Assembly (NCBI RefSeq): GCF_964204645.1
Contig: NC_134029.1
Coordinates: forward strand, 16,920,950-16,984,949
DNA from: Tubulanus polymorphus
Lineage: Eukaryota > Animalia > Nemertea
Reading direction: 5' to 3'
DNA length: 64,000 nucleotides
The translations under genes and the position numbers were made by a program. This document shows positions 13,801-28,800 of this stretch, piece after piece (positions within the stretch are counted from its first letter, which is position 1; each line of letters opens with the position of its first letter). Under the pieces are notes generated by a model, which was given only the letters and a program-made list of their open reading frames with translations, was not told the DNA's origin and searched no databases.

Positions 13801-16800
13801 CTACATTTAACAAAGCAAAGTACCTGAAAGACAGACATGCACGTGCAGACAAACTGACAAACCAAAAAATAAGGGTCATGCGGAAGCCGGACACCCAATA
13901 TTCCAAAAATTTGTATGACAAAGTCGTGGAACGTTTTTTGTTAAGCATTCTGAATTACGAACAACTACCTGCTTTGCACCAGGTTTACTGAAATGCTCAG
14001 GAATAGGTAGTGCAAATTACATCTGGTCGAAATGTACATTTACCCAACAAGAATCTCAAGACCAATCGAAACTGTCCCAAGGCCCGGTCAATAGAAGTGT
14101 AATTAGGGGTCCAGACCAGTGCTTCATCTAGCATTAAAAAAGGGCAGGGTGCTGATTTCAAATAAGGGCATTTTTGTGTGTGATTCCATCGGAGCAAGGG
14201 CACATAATAACGCCCTCACATCTGTTTTAGGGGCAAACTGCAATGTTCCCTATTGCATAGAATAGAGGTACCCCTTACTACGATTGAGGACTAGAAACTA
14301 TGTTTAACTCTGATTTTGCCATGAGTGACACACTTGACCACAGTACATCCTTACACCTATGCCTGTCAATGAACAAAAGTTAATCTAGATAGGGCTTTCA
14401 AAATGATTTGGAAAACCAGTTGCAGACAAAAAAATTGCAGAAAAAAGCAATCTCAAGTAGCAAATACAGCGAAAAAGAGCCAGCAATAGTGTATAGGCCT
14501 ATATGAAATTGCATATTTTTAATCTTAGAAATATCAAATTAATTGATTTAAATTGATAGTGTAGATTGGCAATAACTGTTGATAATTGGTAAGCAGCCAG
14601 CTTAAGAACACATTATTGCTATTAGGCTACTCAAACTAATTGTCTGTGCGAGTCTCTCGGTGAGTTCACCGAACAAAGTTTTTCACCTTGTATATATAAA
14701 ATTTGTCTAATAGTCGAGATAAAAAGATCCAGAGCATCACGATGTGTTCAAAACGAAACAATCCATCGAATATATAAACTACCAGCTTTACAACGGCAGT
14801 TGCTAGAATGATTGGCAGTAGTTTGGAAGTCAGCCAATTTCCTGGAAACTTAAACTAGGCCACGCGTCTGAGGCACGTTTTCACACGATGCACACTGACT
14901 GCAGAACATTTAAATATAACCACTGATCACATGAGCTACTATCGTTGATATCATAGAGATATTTCATAGCCGTCGCAGGAAATTTACTAACAGTCGGATG
15001 CGTCGGCTTATTTTGAAAGCCCTGACTCGTTACTCGTGACTGACAAGGGCAGGATGGCAGACATACGGCAAGTGATGAGGGCACAAGGGCGAGCATGGGA
15101 CACATCTGAAGGGCACAAGGGCGGCTATTTTCGGGGGCGGGGCGGACAGCCCTTCTATTTTTGGCTAGATGAAGCACTGGCAGACGCACAGACAGGTGGG
15201 AAGAAGCCATGAAATAACCATTTAATAATAATAATCATGCAATAACCCAATGGGACTTCAGCCCCAAGTGGGCAAAAAACTTTCATTTTAAAGTACACTG
15301 ACCGAAATTGAATTGACTGTTTGGTTTTTCACAGTTGACAATATTAAACCTATATTTAACACCAGCCTCCATATTACTGACTTCAAAATAAAACCATTGA
15401 TGGTGATGATTTGTGTTTATATCTGGCGATAATATCAAATCGTATTCCATCGCTCGTACCTAGAAAATACACAGAAAGTATAAGGTGCTCGATGAAAAAT
15501 ATCTTTCGGTTTCAGTTTTCTTAGACAAACTACAAAATCATGGTAGGATTTGTGGTGGCAGTGATCTCTCGTGGACAGGTCGATATCAGGGCCAGTTGCA
15601 CAATTGGATTTGAGACCATCTTAGAACTGGTACAATAGACAATCTAACAACTTATGACCAGTTTTAGAACTAAAGATCATTTTTGGACTTAACTCAAGAC
15701 TGCGCAACTGGGCCTCTAGGGACGGTTTACAAAATTTGCCATTCTCGGTCATTATAGCGAAGAAATCAAATGGGAACGCACTTAAAAACTCCCGAAGCGT
15801 TCCTTTTCAATAATGAACTAAAGTGGCATATATCAATTCTAAATTCAGCCACAAACATACATACTTGTATAACTTTACGTAAATTCCCACTTTCAAACTG
15901 TGAATTGAATTTCAGACTGGTGGAATAATCATTGGATCGACCGAGACGCTGCTCATCCCGATTAGATAGATTGGAGAAGTTTGTATTGTACATATCTCCA
16001 GCCGATTTAACTACTGAATCCAAATCATACACCACTTTGTCTATTATATGTTCAGGATTGATCATTCGATCTATATCTTCAAATATCTTCACTCTGTAAT
16101 GAAATAGATATCGGGAGAGTCATTTTAATGCTTTTAACTAGGCACTTTATTCTATGGTGGTGGATATTACACACAGTTAACGAATAACGTCCCTAGCCAT
16201 TACCCTCCTTACTCAGCCAGTTCCAGCCAGGGTGAACTTCGATTATCGGGTTTAGTCGACTAGTCAAACTTAAATGAATCCGAATGTCAGTTAGTCAGAA
16301 CTATAGTCGAGAAATGGTCGACCATAGGATTGAGTACAGTTACCTTAGTGCGTACCTAGTTTCAAGATGGCCGATACTGTGAAATGCATTATGACTGAAC
16401 CTATAGTGCGCTATTAGTTATCAGTTCCGACCACTAGTCAGGGATCGCAGAGGGCCTTCAGCAAACCCGAGGAAATATCCAATGTTACAAAAAGATTAGA
16501 AGTAAATTGAACAAAACAGTATCACAGCACCCCTGGAGAGCTGGAGGGGGTGTCCCCCTCGAAGCTTCTAGATTTTTTTCCATCCGATAGTGGCTTTTTA
16601 ATCTAACGTGTCACACCATGGGGCCGCCATCTCGATTATCGCGCTAGTCTCGCGAGTCGGAAAGAGAGATGGTTAGAATCCCATCAATGTTGAATAAGAA
16701 CTCTAATATTACGTCCGGATATCAATCCGGATAATCCAGTAAATTCCGTGAAATAGAGTAAATGGAAGAATAGTGGAGAATGACTGTGCTATCAGCTAAT

Positions 16801-19800
16801 GGACTGGTTGCCTGTCGAATTCTGAGTCTAGACTGGTTGCCTATCTAAACACACATGTATGTTTTTAACCGTATGCCTCTACTCTCCACTTTCAAACAAC
16901 CATGCCTTCTAGAGTGCGCTAATTGATGGTTCCCACAGTTACATATATCAAAAATTTGCAGGTTTTTCCCAAGTATTCATGGGTTATTTTCAATTTTCCC
17001 AAATGAAAATTAACAGATACTATCATGCTACATTCAACATTTTAGTGGTGACTGGTTGATAAAGGTGATTCTCAAGGGAAATCCCTGGACGTATTGGCCC
17101 CATTCCGTGCGGTTGCCCCACAGCGTGGGATTTATGCAGCAAACATGGCCACCAAACATTTGAAGTTTCAATGATAGAAATTGTACATGAATTTCAATAC
17201 AATTTGAGCTGTTAGGATTTCAAGGCACAATATAACTAGATGATGTGATATAGCGATGTTAATAAAGATAATGCTGCAGTGAAGCTCGTCACGAACTGTC
17301 CTGATTGAGTGTACAGTGGTTAAAAACATACACATTTGCGTAGTTACATAACTATTTGCAGTGAATTGCAGATGAAACATGAAGCCTTAACGGTCATTTA
17401 CAACTAGGGGTCCAGGTACACCATGCCCACTTGGGAAGTGGTTTCAGATGCTCAACAATCTAAAAATTTCAATATTCAACGCCCCATCCAATGACCTTGA
17501 AAAAATCCAATGACCTTGAAACTCACTACAATCATAAAACATGTCAGCAGCTACAATTTTGTAATTGATTGTGGTAACAAAATATGCCTAGATACCAATA
17601 TGTATGGAAATTTTAAGTTACTCTACTATTCAACACACCCTGGTGACCATATGCGAAGCCCAATGACCTTAAATCTCATCATAATCACAGAACATGTCAT
17701 GAGCTACAATTTTGCAATTGATCATGGTAACAAAATATGCCTAGGTACCAATATAATAAGGAAATACTAATTTATTCTACTATTCAACGCCCCCTAGTGA
17801 CCATAGAGAATAACTAATGTCCTTGAAACTCACCACAACAATAGAGCATGTCATGAGCTACAACCTTCCAATTGATTGTGGTAACAAAATATGCATAGGT
17901 ACAAAAATAACATAGAAATACTAAGTTATTGCATTGTTCAATGCCTCCAGGTGTTATTGCATTGTTCAATGCCTCCTGGTGGCCATATGCAAAAACCAAT
18001 GACCTTGAAACTCACCACCATCATAGACCATGAGCTACAACTTCCCAGTTGATTGTGGCAACAAAATATGCTTGAGTATCAATATAATGTGGAAAACTTT
18101 CTTCCACCTACGAATGAGTACTGATATCACCAAGATGGCAGCCAATTGCATCATAATTGCTTGATCGTATAACCTGTCTTGGGTATAAAAGAAGATCATT
18201 TTCTAAAGAACACCCATCACAAATTGCAATGAAAAATGGCAAACCATTAGGAAGCTACAGGACTCCGAATTCAGGCCACAATTGACACTTTTGGGCACAA
18301 AAAAGGTCAAAGGACAGCCATCTTTAATCCGATCGACCCAATTTTTCTCTTTGATCAAGGTAATTGAAAAAAGATTCTTCGAGAAAAGATTTCCCTCGAA
18401 TAACTTTGAAAATGTGTAAAAAGTGCTGATTTTGGCAAACAACAATGGCTGCCAGTCGGCCATCTTGAATCTGACAATCTTGAATCTGACAGGGCCAGTT
18501 TTGGGCTGAAGATATGTCTAGGGTAGATACATGTATAAACCAATTATCAAGACATTACCTTAAGCGTCTTCAAAACTTCCCAAAATAACTGGATTCCGTC
18601 TACGGACGGATGGACGAACGCTGGGACTAAAGTCCCAAGTGGGCTAAAAACATTATAGCAATCTCAATTGAAAGATAATAATGATATACAACTTGAGTTA
18701 AAATTATGGCCATTTCTAAAATCATATCACTAAATTGTAGTCAGTGCAGAACGTTTGGTTTTGGAACAATAATGAGGGGTGGTAGGTAGTCATGATTTAA
18801 CACATGTTACTTATATGTTGTTGAAAATCTTGCAAGAATGGCGCAACATTGAAACTGGCAATAAATTCCAAATATCATACATGATTTTTTGTACATATTC
18901 ATAATTCATCTGCTATAAAGTTCCGATAAACAATTGCATGTTTACGACGATGTTTGACCGCAATGGTTGCCTGGGAAGCAATTTTTCCACCATCTCGTTG
19001 GCAGTGCACATGCCCCCCCATTCTGTTTGTAAACACAATCCACACGTGTACACTACACTCGCTGTATCAGCATTCGTGGCTCTCAAAAACAAAACAGCGT
19101 CAAATAGTCTACTGGAACCCACCCAGGGTTCATTGTCTCAAGCTCAGGTGAAATTCAAGCCATTTCAAGCTAGACTTTTACCATTTTCAAGCTGTTTTTT
19201 CAGGCACGTTGGAAGCAATTTTCGATAGTCACTGCCAATTTGCCTATTTTTAACAGGTTCTTGACGAGGGTCATATAAAAATGTTAAAAAAGAGGTAAAA
19301 TTTCGATTCATTTTACAGTGGAACCTCATTGATAGGACTCTGTTAGAGATGAAAACCGTTTATCACAATGATTTCCAACATTTGCTAGCTTAGATATTTA
19401 TATCAATTAATATTTGGATAAGGCCATCCCAAATTAATTGTCTGTTTGTTTGGAATAAGTTGGTAGGTAGGTACAATCGTTTTTTTTGCAAAATTTAAGG
19501 ACAAAGAAAAACAACAAATTTATCACTACTTTTAGTGGAAACAATATCCCAAATCTGCTTCGTGCAAGGGAAATTTGTATTTCAAGAATAATTTAAGATT
19601 TCAAGAATAAATTCTAAAACTAACTTTGTCCTGAGCGTCATCTCTGTGTTCAAAATGAAACAGTAGATTGAATATATGCGCGCTATAACATTACCAGCTA
19701 TAATATAGTGACTAAGAATGAATGGCAGCTTATTGGAACACTGCCAGTTTCCTGGAAAACTTTAACTAGGCCATAGTCGAGCAATGTTTTCACACGATGC

Positions 19801-22800
19801 ACACTTGACTTCAAACGTACGTAGCTAATAATTCATTAACAGTGAGTCGGTCGGTCGGCCATTTTTATCATATATAAAATTTATTTCAACGAATCCCAGA
19901 AAAAAGTTTCCACTCGGTACCTTTGAAGTCGGGTTGGTCGGGTTACGGCAAACAGACCTTTGATATTTTGGGATGGCCTAATAATACGAAATTTGTAATG
20001 TTCAATGACTTCGACGAGGCCTCGGTGCCTTCAACCTGGCTCTCACACCTGGCTGGTGTGGGATTTCAATGCCATCTATTTTACATCAATGCTCAACGAC
20101 ATGCATGACTGAAATTTCCCCATATTTTCTAGTCTCTAGACACCGGAGAGATTCACTACGTCGCGGTGCATGCGAGTCTCGTGATTCAATGCAATTAAAT
20201 TAATTTCTTTATGGATGCCTAAGACATGATGCACGCGTAGAAACGACTCGAGAACGTATTCTGTCTGCAATTATATCAAAAAAATTCTCGAAGAAGGAAA
20301 TTTGTCAAAATCAAGCATTTCAAGCCATATTTTTTCATTTCAAGTCAAAAATGATTATTTCAAGCTTTCAATCTATTTTCAAACCATTTTCAAGCGCTTG
20401 AATAGCATTTATCAAATTCAAGCCATTTCAAGCTTTTCAAGCACCGCGAGAACCCTGCCACCAACCTGGGCACCTTTTCTACGATTTTACATTTACATGA
20501 TTAAATCAATTTCTGACACCATTTTTGCATTGTTCATTCGTGTATCTAGTGTTTCAATGTGTTTATCAGCATACCGGGGACCTCCAGTGGTTAAGATGGA
20601 TCTTTGAATATATGAAAAATTTTGAAATATTGCTTTTTTCCCAGGTATGTCATTCATATATTTCAACTCATAAACTTTTGGAGGATTTAATTAAAGAAAT
20701 GGTCGTAAAGCCTTCAAATGATCGCACATGCGATCAGCCACCCCGCTCGTGCTTTAAATGGAAAATTAGTATCTCGTACGATAGTGATCGAAAATAAAAG
20801 ATGAAATCTAAATCATTCGATTCTTTCAAAGAAATGCATGGGAAAATTTGGTTTGGAAATAAACTGAATTTTTTATTAATTCATTTCAATGTTGCCTCAG
20901 TCTCCCTGGACGTACTAACTACACTTACTATGATCGTTGTGATCTGTGTGCTGGCCACAAATGCACATCACACTACACTACCCATTCAACACCCAACTAC
21001 CCACAGCTTTGATATAACCATCCTATTATCTAGTGTGTTTCTCCCTGGATAGAATTGCACTAGGCAAATGCAATATGTGAAATGTAAATAAATTTTCCAA
21101 ATATTTCCCTGATTTGAGGAAAATTTTTAAAATTCCCAAATATTTCGTAACTGGTTACTTTAAAATTCCCAAGTTTTCCAAATTTACCTGTTCTGTGGGA
21201 ACCATGATTGATCTTTTTGATGTTAATGTTACAACAACGATCGCGCTAATGATAGCGGCACTAAGTGAGCATCATCATTCTGAAGCAAACATCACTAAGT
21301 ATAATGATGCTGTAATAGCGAATTGGAGGAGCTCACTCTACCCCCCTCCCACTTATTTTTACATCAAATTTACATCGATCTCGCATCCACAAAATCATGG
21401 GCAAAACAGCAGATTTCCTCTGATCGGCGGAGCTCTGGAATCCCTTACTAGTCGACTAACTCCGATAACTGAATTTGGCCCAGATGTATTTGGACCGGGG
21501 TCCATTCCATAGCCGTCTCAATCAAATCCCAGTTGACGGCACATGAGCCACAAAGGGTTTTGAGGGAAGTACCAGCTTTTACATAATTACATGTTAATTC
21601 CTGGTACAATCAAATTTTGCCAATTTTAAGTATTCAGACTCATCGACATTCGAGATCAAGAATCAATTCATGACATAATTCGATTCCTGATTTCATAAAT
21701 ACGATACCTCTGTACTCCGTATTTCCTATCAATAAGTTGTTCGGCGTAAGGAGGCGGTTTGCTACCGAACAAATCCGGATACGATATTTTATTAAAACGA
21801 CCAACGCTTTTAGTCTGTGATGCGATATTCAGAAATCTGTCAGGATTCTCGATCGTATCGTTGTAATCGTCGCTAGCATCATCATTATAGATATCGTCCA
21901 TCGTTCCATCCGCTCCAGCTCCATCGCTTGTATTATCAACGGATGAACTCTCCTCCAATCGTTTATTCGTGCTTGAACCTACATTCTTCCGTCGCGCTGC
22001 CGACGCTTTCAATGATTTTCCTGTTGTTTTACGTTTGGCATTCTGTTTGTTGTCAAGGTAACTGCTACTTGATGATGGTTTTGCGGAGACAGAGCGTTGC
22101 ATGCCGTTGCTACGAGATGTTTTTGAACTGAACGATGTTATCACCAGGCTGTTTTTCAATCCAGCCAGTGCAGTATCACTGATATTGTTTGAGTTTGCAC
22201 TGCACGGACGTCTTCTGCTGGAGTCATCGCAATACACTGAAAATAAGAAAATATTGAAAGCTTTTCGATGCAAATTAGTTCAGATAAATTTCTTGAGGTC
22301 AGTTTTTCCAGACTGGAAATGAGATGCTTACACTCATAACGACAGGTTTAATGTGCTCATATTGGGTGATACTCATTGCGCTTGCGAGGATGCAACGATT
22401 GGCCTGCAAACTTCAATCAGGCACTAGTCGCACTTAACCTTTGAACCCGCCAAATCGAAATAATTACCTGTTACAGTTTGACGATAAATCTACCAGATGA
22501 TAAAATTGACCTACACGTGCTCTTTTTAAATAAGAATTATTTAAAACCTACTACATGTTACTACATGTAGTGGACAAAATACATGTAGTGGGCAAAAAAC
22601 GATCAAACATTCTAAAACATTGATTTAACAGTAAAAATTACTGTACCTAAATCTTTATAGAATGTAGGTAAAGTGGGAGCGCTATAACGTTGTCTGTTTG
22701 ATATCTCTGTTGCTGATTGAGAACCAACTACTGCACAGTGGTGTTTAGTATGGAATGAATTCTCTGATGAAGATCCAGTTGGCATGACTACTGGATAATC

Positions 22801-25800
22801 CTGATTATCTTCGTCCTCATCCGAGTCATCCTGAAATTAGGGATTTATTTCATTTACCGTAATATGGTTCAATTATGGTGATAAACATAAAAGATCGATA
22901 AGTCGCACCTCAAGTTCTAAAATTTCAGGGAAGAATTTCTCGTACATCTGTAGATCTTGAGGAGTTCTGCTGTAAAATTCAGCTGGATCTATTTCCTCCT
23001 GAAAAGGCGATAAATGAAATAAAAACATTCCGCTTGTACAAATCTTACATTCAATCGGCTGGAAAGATGACAGATGATTCTTTTCAGTGCGCCATCCTGA
23101 TCAAATTGATATGGCTCGAGCAGGATTAGTTTTACAGTAATAAGTATTACTTAGTCATGGTTGCAGAATTAGGGAATCATTAGAGAGACATACAGTGTAG
23201 TATCTTGGAGCAATCATTTGAAATCAGACAGCATAGAAGCTATGATTATTGCATTTAATTTTTGCAACTTTCGGTTAAATGGTCATCGAATTTCGTATTC
23301 CCACACTCTCTATCATCTACACCAGTGCACTTTGTACCCTTAGACCGCCATGGGTCAAAGACTTAATTACCTCATCAAGCTTAGGCTCTTTACGATCATC
23401 TTCACTACTTATGTCATCATCGTTATCTAAACTACTGTCATCTTCTTCCTCATTAGTAGAACGAACATGTGAACCTAAAAATGTAAATCAATAATACCCA
23501 TAAAGTACAAACAAATCAAGAGCAGCTCTGACTTGAAGAGAGTTTTCAAGTTATCATCATTCACCAAATACTATCTGACCATAGTAGGATGGCTGTGCAC
23601 ATGAATTGAAGTTGGTCATGCTTTGAGTAGGTATGTATGTGGCATTAGTGAAAACCACAACAGGCGCAGATTCAGATGATAGCACCGTAGGCACTTGCTA
23701 CCATCGCGAAAATTTTGACCCCTTTTACATTTTTTCATGAATTATAAAGGGCGCAATAGTCGTCCCTATAAATCCCAAACGTAGACTAGAAAATGGCATA
23801 TTTTTAGAAAACGAGGCATATAATTCTCTGGGGGTAGCCAAGACCACCTCGTTTGTCCTGGATTAATGCCTTTGTTGTGCTACCCTCATTAGTGGTCCCT
23901 GTATCCGCCCCTGCAGAAACAATGTTTCCATAATGAACATTCTTAAAACGAGCATACACAGCAAGAAATAAACCAAAAAGATTTGCGCTTATATTTCAAT
24001 AATTCAGTTCACCAGCTATCGCGCCAATGGAAATTGTATATCGACAAACCGATTTCATGTTTCACGGGCACACACCGTCATGTAACAATCCAGAAAAGTG
24101 TTTCAGTTTTTTGTGTAGGGTTTATTTCACGCTATGCGTACTAGGCTTTAGCTGATGTGTAAACAAAATCCACTCAAGAGCAGACTTCTGACGGCTCTTA
24201 ATACTGTGACTATTTTCACCCCTATTTGATATGTGCTTGACATTCAAAACTGTGCTTCATGTTATGATGATTCACATACCAGGTATACAAACTGACCATA
24301 TGAACTGACCAAGTCTGAAATTTCTTAAAATGCCTTAAAAAAATGGCTGAATCTTAAACCACTGACGATTACATAGGTGGATGACAATGAAATTTTTTAC
24401 TACTGATAAAATGTGTAGAGCTTTATGGAAACATGCTTATATGAGAGAAGCCTGCAGTTGACTCCTACAAAATAGTGTGAAGTAGAAAAAAATACGCGAC
24501 CCTGTTTCACGAATAGCCTCGGTTAGAAAATCAAATACTTTTCTTGAAACTGGGTCAAAAATCTTTTACATACGATTTTGTAGTATATACAATAAAGACG
24601 TATAAAACATAATTGCATGAATGCCACAACCTCCTAAAGAGACAGATAAAATCAAAAATTCAGGAAGCATTCAGACCATCTAAAATAAATTCTGACAATT
24701 AATGGCAAAGTAAAAATTTGTTTTGAAAAAAAGAAAGAACTTCACCAGTTTCCGCGGAGTTGACCTGTGTCGGATAAGTAAACGTTATGACAAATAGGCA
24801 TTCTTTGATGGTTAACTTGATTTTATTGAAACTAATACCCGTGGAAAACACTGGTGATTTTCTTTGGCCCACAACTTAGAACTGTTCAATCTATCAATAA
24901 CCTGTAACCAAACAAAATATGTATGTAGGTACGCAGGACTCGAACTTCTGATCCATTAGATGCAAGTTTAGTGCCCTGCTAACTGGGCCATTGTGGCAAT
25001 AGTACTGCACTGCATTGATCAAGTGAGTCTATGATTAGAATTCCAGCTCACTGATTGGCTGAAATTTTGACTGCCTCTGTTTGGCCCCTATCAATATTTT
25101 AATACCCGTTTATAGCCATTGCACAAGTTTATACCATTATTGACTTCAGCATCAATTTTTAAGGCCCAATTCTTCTCTATGGCGACAGTACGGTATAGCC
25201 TCGAAGAAACTTAACTCCGTTTTCGCTTGTGTTTAGTATTATACCATTCAGACTGCGTTCTGTAATTCCTAATCTTTTAGTTCTGAACACGTTCGACAAT
25301 AGTTAGGGACCGTTTCAGAATTACGCATTTCGCTGCATGCCTATGGGTGCCACTTCCACTATGGGTGAAACTTTGAACACTCCTATTAGACGTTTATAAT
25401 GTAACTGCATGTACTTTATCATGTGGTCATCGAAAAGGAAGGGAGCTGCTATTAATTGCATTCGAAGCACGCGCGCCAGACGCGTTGAATTTGAACTACG
25501 GTAGTTACTAGTTTGATTCCCGTTTCTACTCCGTTTTATCAAAAACGAAAACAAGTTACTTCAAAAATATGAGTTACTTCTAGGCTGTACTATATTTGGT
25601 ACGTAGTTTTGTATTAATATATAGATTATTGGAGCTTTCGCTACTAGTGTTTAGTAGTTTCATCAAGTAAATGAACGTTAACTGATTAATTCTTTCAGGG
25701 CAGGGTAGAATTTCAGGATTTTCTAATTAATTGCTCTATTTCTAATGAGAAGGCCTAACTGGTTTTAAACGATTTGAGTTAAAACACGACATAGGTGACA

Positions 25801-28800
25801 ACGGTTCTCAAGCTCAGCCTCGAATCTGTTGTCATTGACATATGCATGAGGCAACTCCAAAATTCCCATGCATTAATAGTATCCATTGCATTTTGAATAT
25901 GTTGTATTTAGGGCCAATAACTAAATTTTGTCAGAGTTCTTAGTGCCTAGTTCTACCGCTAGGTGGGTGCACTGGGCCCATTCTTTGCACTGCACAATTA
26001 GAACCCCATACTAGCATTGTACCAAAGGTTCATCAAGATCGACCCCACTATAAACCGCCTAAGTAGCTGAAAAACAGACACACAGGCAGAAATTATTATC
26101 GTAAGTGAAAATCTTACCTTCAGGGCAGGGATCTAGTTTATGAAAGTCGCTTTCAGGTAACGACATATTGAGAGGACTTTTAACGGTTTGTAAAGGTAAA
26201 CGGTTCCTAGGGAAACACCTCCTCATGATCAAACTAGCCGTGAATATGACACTCTCTAGTTCCCTCGATTCTATAGATTCCATACATGTGTTATACAATA
26301 TTCGTATTCCATCGGCTTCTATAAGCGTTTTACGTCCCGATTCTATAAATAAAATAATCGCACAATACGTTACTGAAAAAAAGAGCCGTACTAAACACTC
26401 AATTCATATTGGATATGGATATGATGAAACTAAAAAACAATGAGATAATGTTTATTTATGTTCAAACTAGGGGTACAGGGACAACTTTTTGACTATCAAG
26501 ATGTCAATATTCAATGCCCCTTGTGAACAAATACAGAAACTTATGGCCTTGGAACTCACCACAATAATGAGCTACAAAGTAGCAATCTATTGAGGTTACA
26601 AAAATATGCATAGGTTCCAAGTATGGAAGAAAAAACGCCGCCAATTGTGTAACAATTGATTGAGTGAACAAGAGGACTATAAGGTCCATATGGTCGAAGA
26701 CACTATTTGAAATTGACTAAATAATAGTAGTTTGCGTAGATATACAGTATGTGATGCAGGCATTACTGGTAATTTTCATGAAGAAAATCCCTCAATCACA
26801 CCGTCAAGAAATAAAACCGGGCTAGCGATGAAACCCTGCAGAGACAATAATCTACCGATCCTCCTAGTCAGTGTAAACTAAATCTGCGCAATTTCTATAA
26901 TCTACTTAAATATTGATCAATGCGCAAACACCTGTGAGGATAGTGATGCGGATAACACTTCGTTGCTGGGTAAAACCGATATAGACAATTCACTGACAGG
27001 TAGACCCTTCATGCCCCTCAATACTTTCCATAATTCATCACGATTTTGGGAACCTAAATACAACAGGCTATGATGGTCATAGCTAGGATCCTGGGTACAG
27101 GCAAATGACGCCTCACAGGCATTTTTCTATCGGATTATCAGTTCTAGATGAAACAGCGTTATGGGACTACCATGGTAGTAGAGATACTATGGGTGTTGTT
27201 CGGTGAACAGTACAGGTTTTTTACTAGCTACGATGCCTATATGGTCTTCAACCACAAAAACCGGTTGGATGTTTTAGCGATACCTTCCCACCACAAATAT
27301 TAAGGAACTAGGGGTCCAGGGACACCATGCCCACTTGGGAAGTGGTTTCAAATGCTCAACAATCTAACAATTTCAATATTCAACGTCCCCTGGTGACCAT
27401 TTACAAAAACCAATGACCTTAAAACTCACCACAATCATAGAACATGTCAGCAGCTACGATTTTGTAATTGATTGTGATAACAAAATATGCCTCGTTACCA
27501 ATTTAATATGGAAATACTACTATTCAACGCCCCCTGGTGACCATATTCAAAACCCAATGACCTCGAAACTCACCACAATCATAGAACATGTCATGAACTA
27601 CAACTTTGCAATTGATCATGGTAACAAAATATGCCTAGGTACCAATATAATAAGGAAATACTAAGTCATTCTACTATTCAACGCCCCCTGGTGACCATAT
27701 TCAAAACCCAATGACCTTGAGACTCACTACAATCATAGAACATGTCATGAACTACAACTTTGCAATTGATCATGGTAACAAAATATGCCTAGGTACCAAT
27801 ATAATTAGGAAATACTAAGTTATTCTACTATTCAACGCCCCCTGGTGACCATATAAAAAAACTTATGTCCTTAAAACTCACAACAATCATAGATGATGTC
27901 ATGAGCTACAACTTTCCAATTGATTGTGGTTACAAAATATTCATAGGTACGAATATAATATAGAAATGCTAAGATATTGTATTATTCAACGCCCCCTGGT
28001 GGCCATATACGAAATCCAATTACCTTGAAACTCACCACAATCATAGAACACGTTATGAGCTACAACTTTCTAATTGATTGTGGTATCAAAATACGCTTCA
28101 ATATAATGGTATCAATATAATGTGGAAAAACTTTTTCCCACTTACGAATGAGTACTGGTTACACCTAGATGGCCGCCAGTTGCGTCATAATTGGCTGATG
28201 AAAAATACCTGTCTCAGGTATAAAACATCCCTTTCCAAAGAACACCCATCACAAATTGTAATGAGAAATGGCAAACCAGTAGGAAGCTACAGGACTCAGA
28301 ATTCGGGCCAAAATTAACATTTTTGGGCACTAAAAAGGTCATAGGACGGCCATCTTGAGTCCGACCGACCCAATTTTTGTTATGTTGATGGGCCCTGGGG
28401 GGATTCACATATATCCGAAAGATCAAGGTAATTGATCAAAGCGTCTTCAAAATTTCCCTCAAAAAGTTCAAAAATGTGTAAAAAGTGCTGATTTTGGCGA
28501 ACAACAATGGCTGCCAGTCGGCCATCTTGATTCTGACAGGGCCAGTTTTTGGGCTGAAGATGTGTCTAGGGTAGATACATGTGTAACCCAAATATCAAGA
28601 CGTTACCTTGAAGCGTCTTCAAAACTTCCCAAAATAACTGGATTCCGTCTACGGACGGACGAAAAGTGAACGCTACAGCCCGCAGGGACTAAAGTCCCAA
28701 GTGGGCTAAAAAGGCATACTGTTAAAAAGCTACATTTCTTAGAATGAAAATTACCTTTTGTTAGCACAAAATGGCCACAGGACGGCCAGCTTGTGTCCAA

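Larger units (their letters stand above)
16228..21483. mobile_element. Outer TIR element of a nested transposon stack
   Basis: cagggtgaacttcgattatcgggtttagtcgactagt versus the inverted actagtcgactaactccgataactgaatttggcccag. Confidence 0.55.

Noticed and set aside
24928-24997. tRNA gene
   Set aside because: A and B boxes are present but acceptor and anticodon stems do not pair properly; better explained as a SINE head
27380-28100. Regularly spaced repeats resembling a CRISPR array
   Set aside because: Whole 154-bp monomers repeat with no unique spacers; eukaryotic intron; no cas genes
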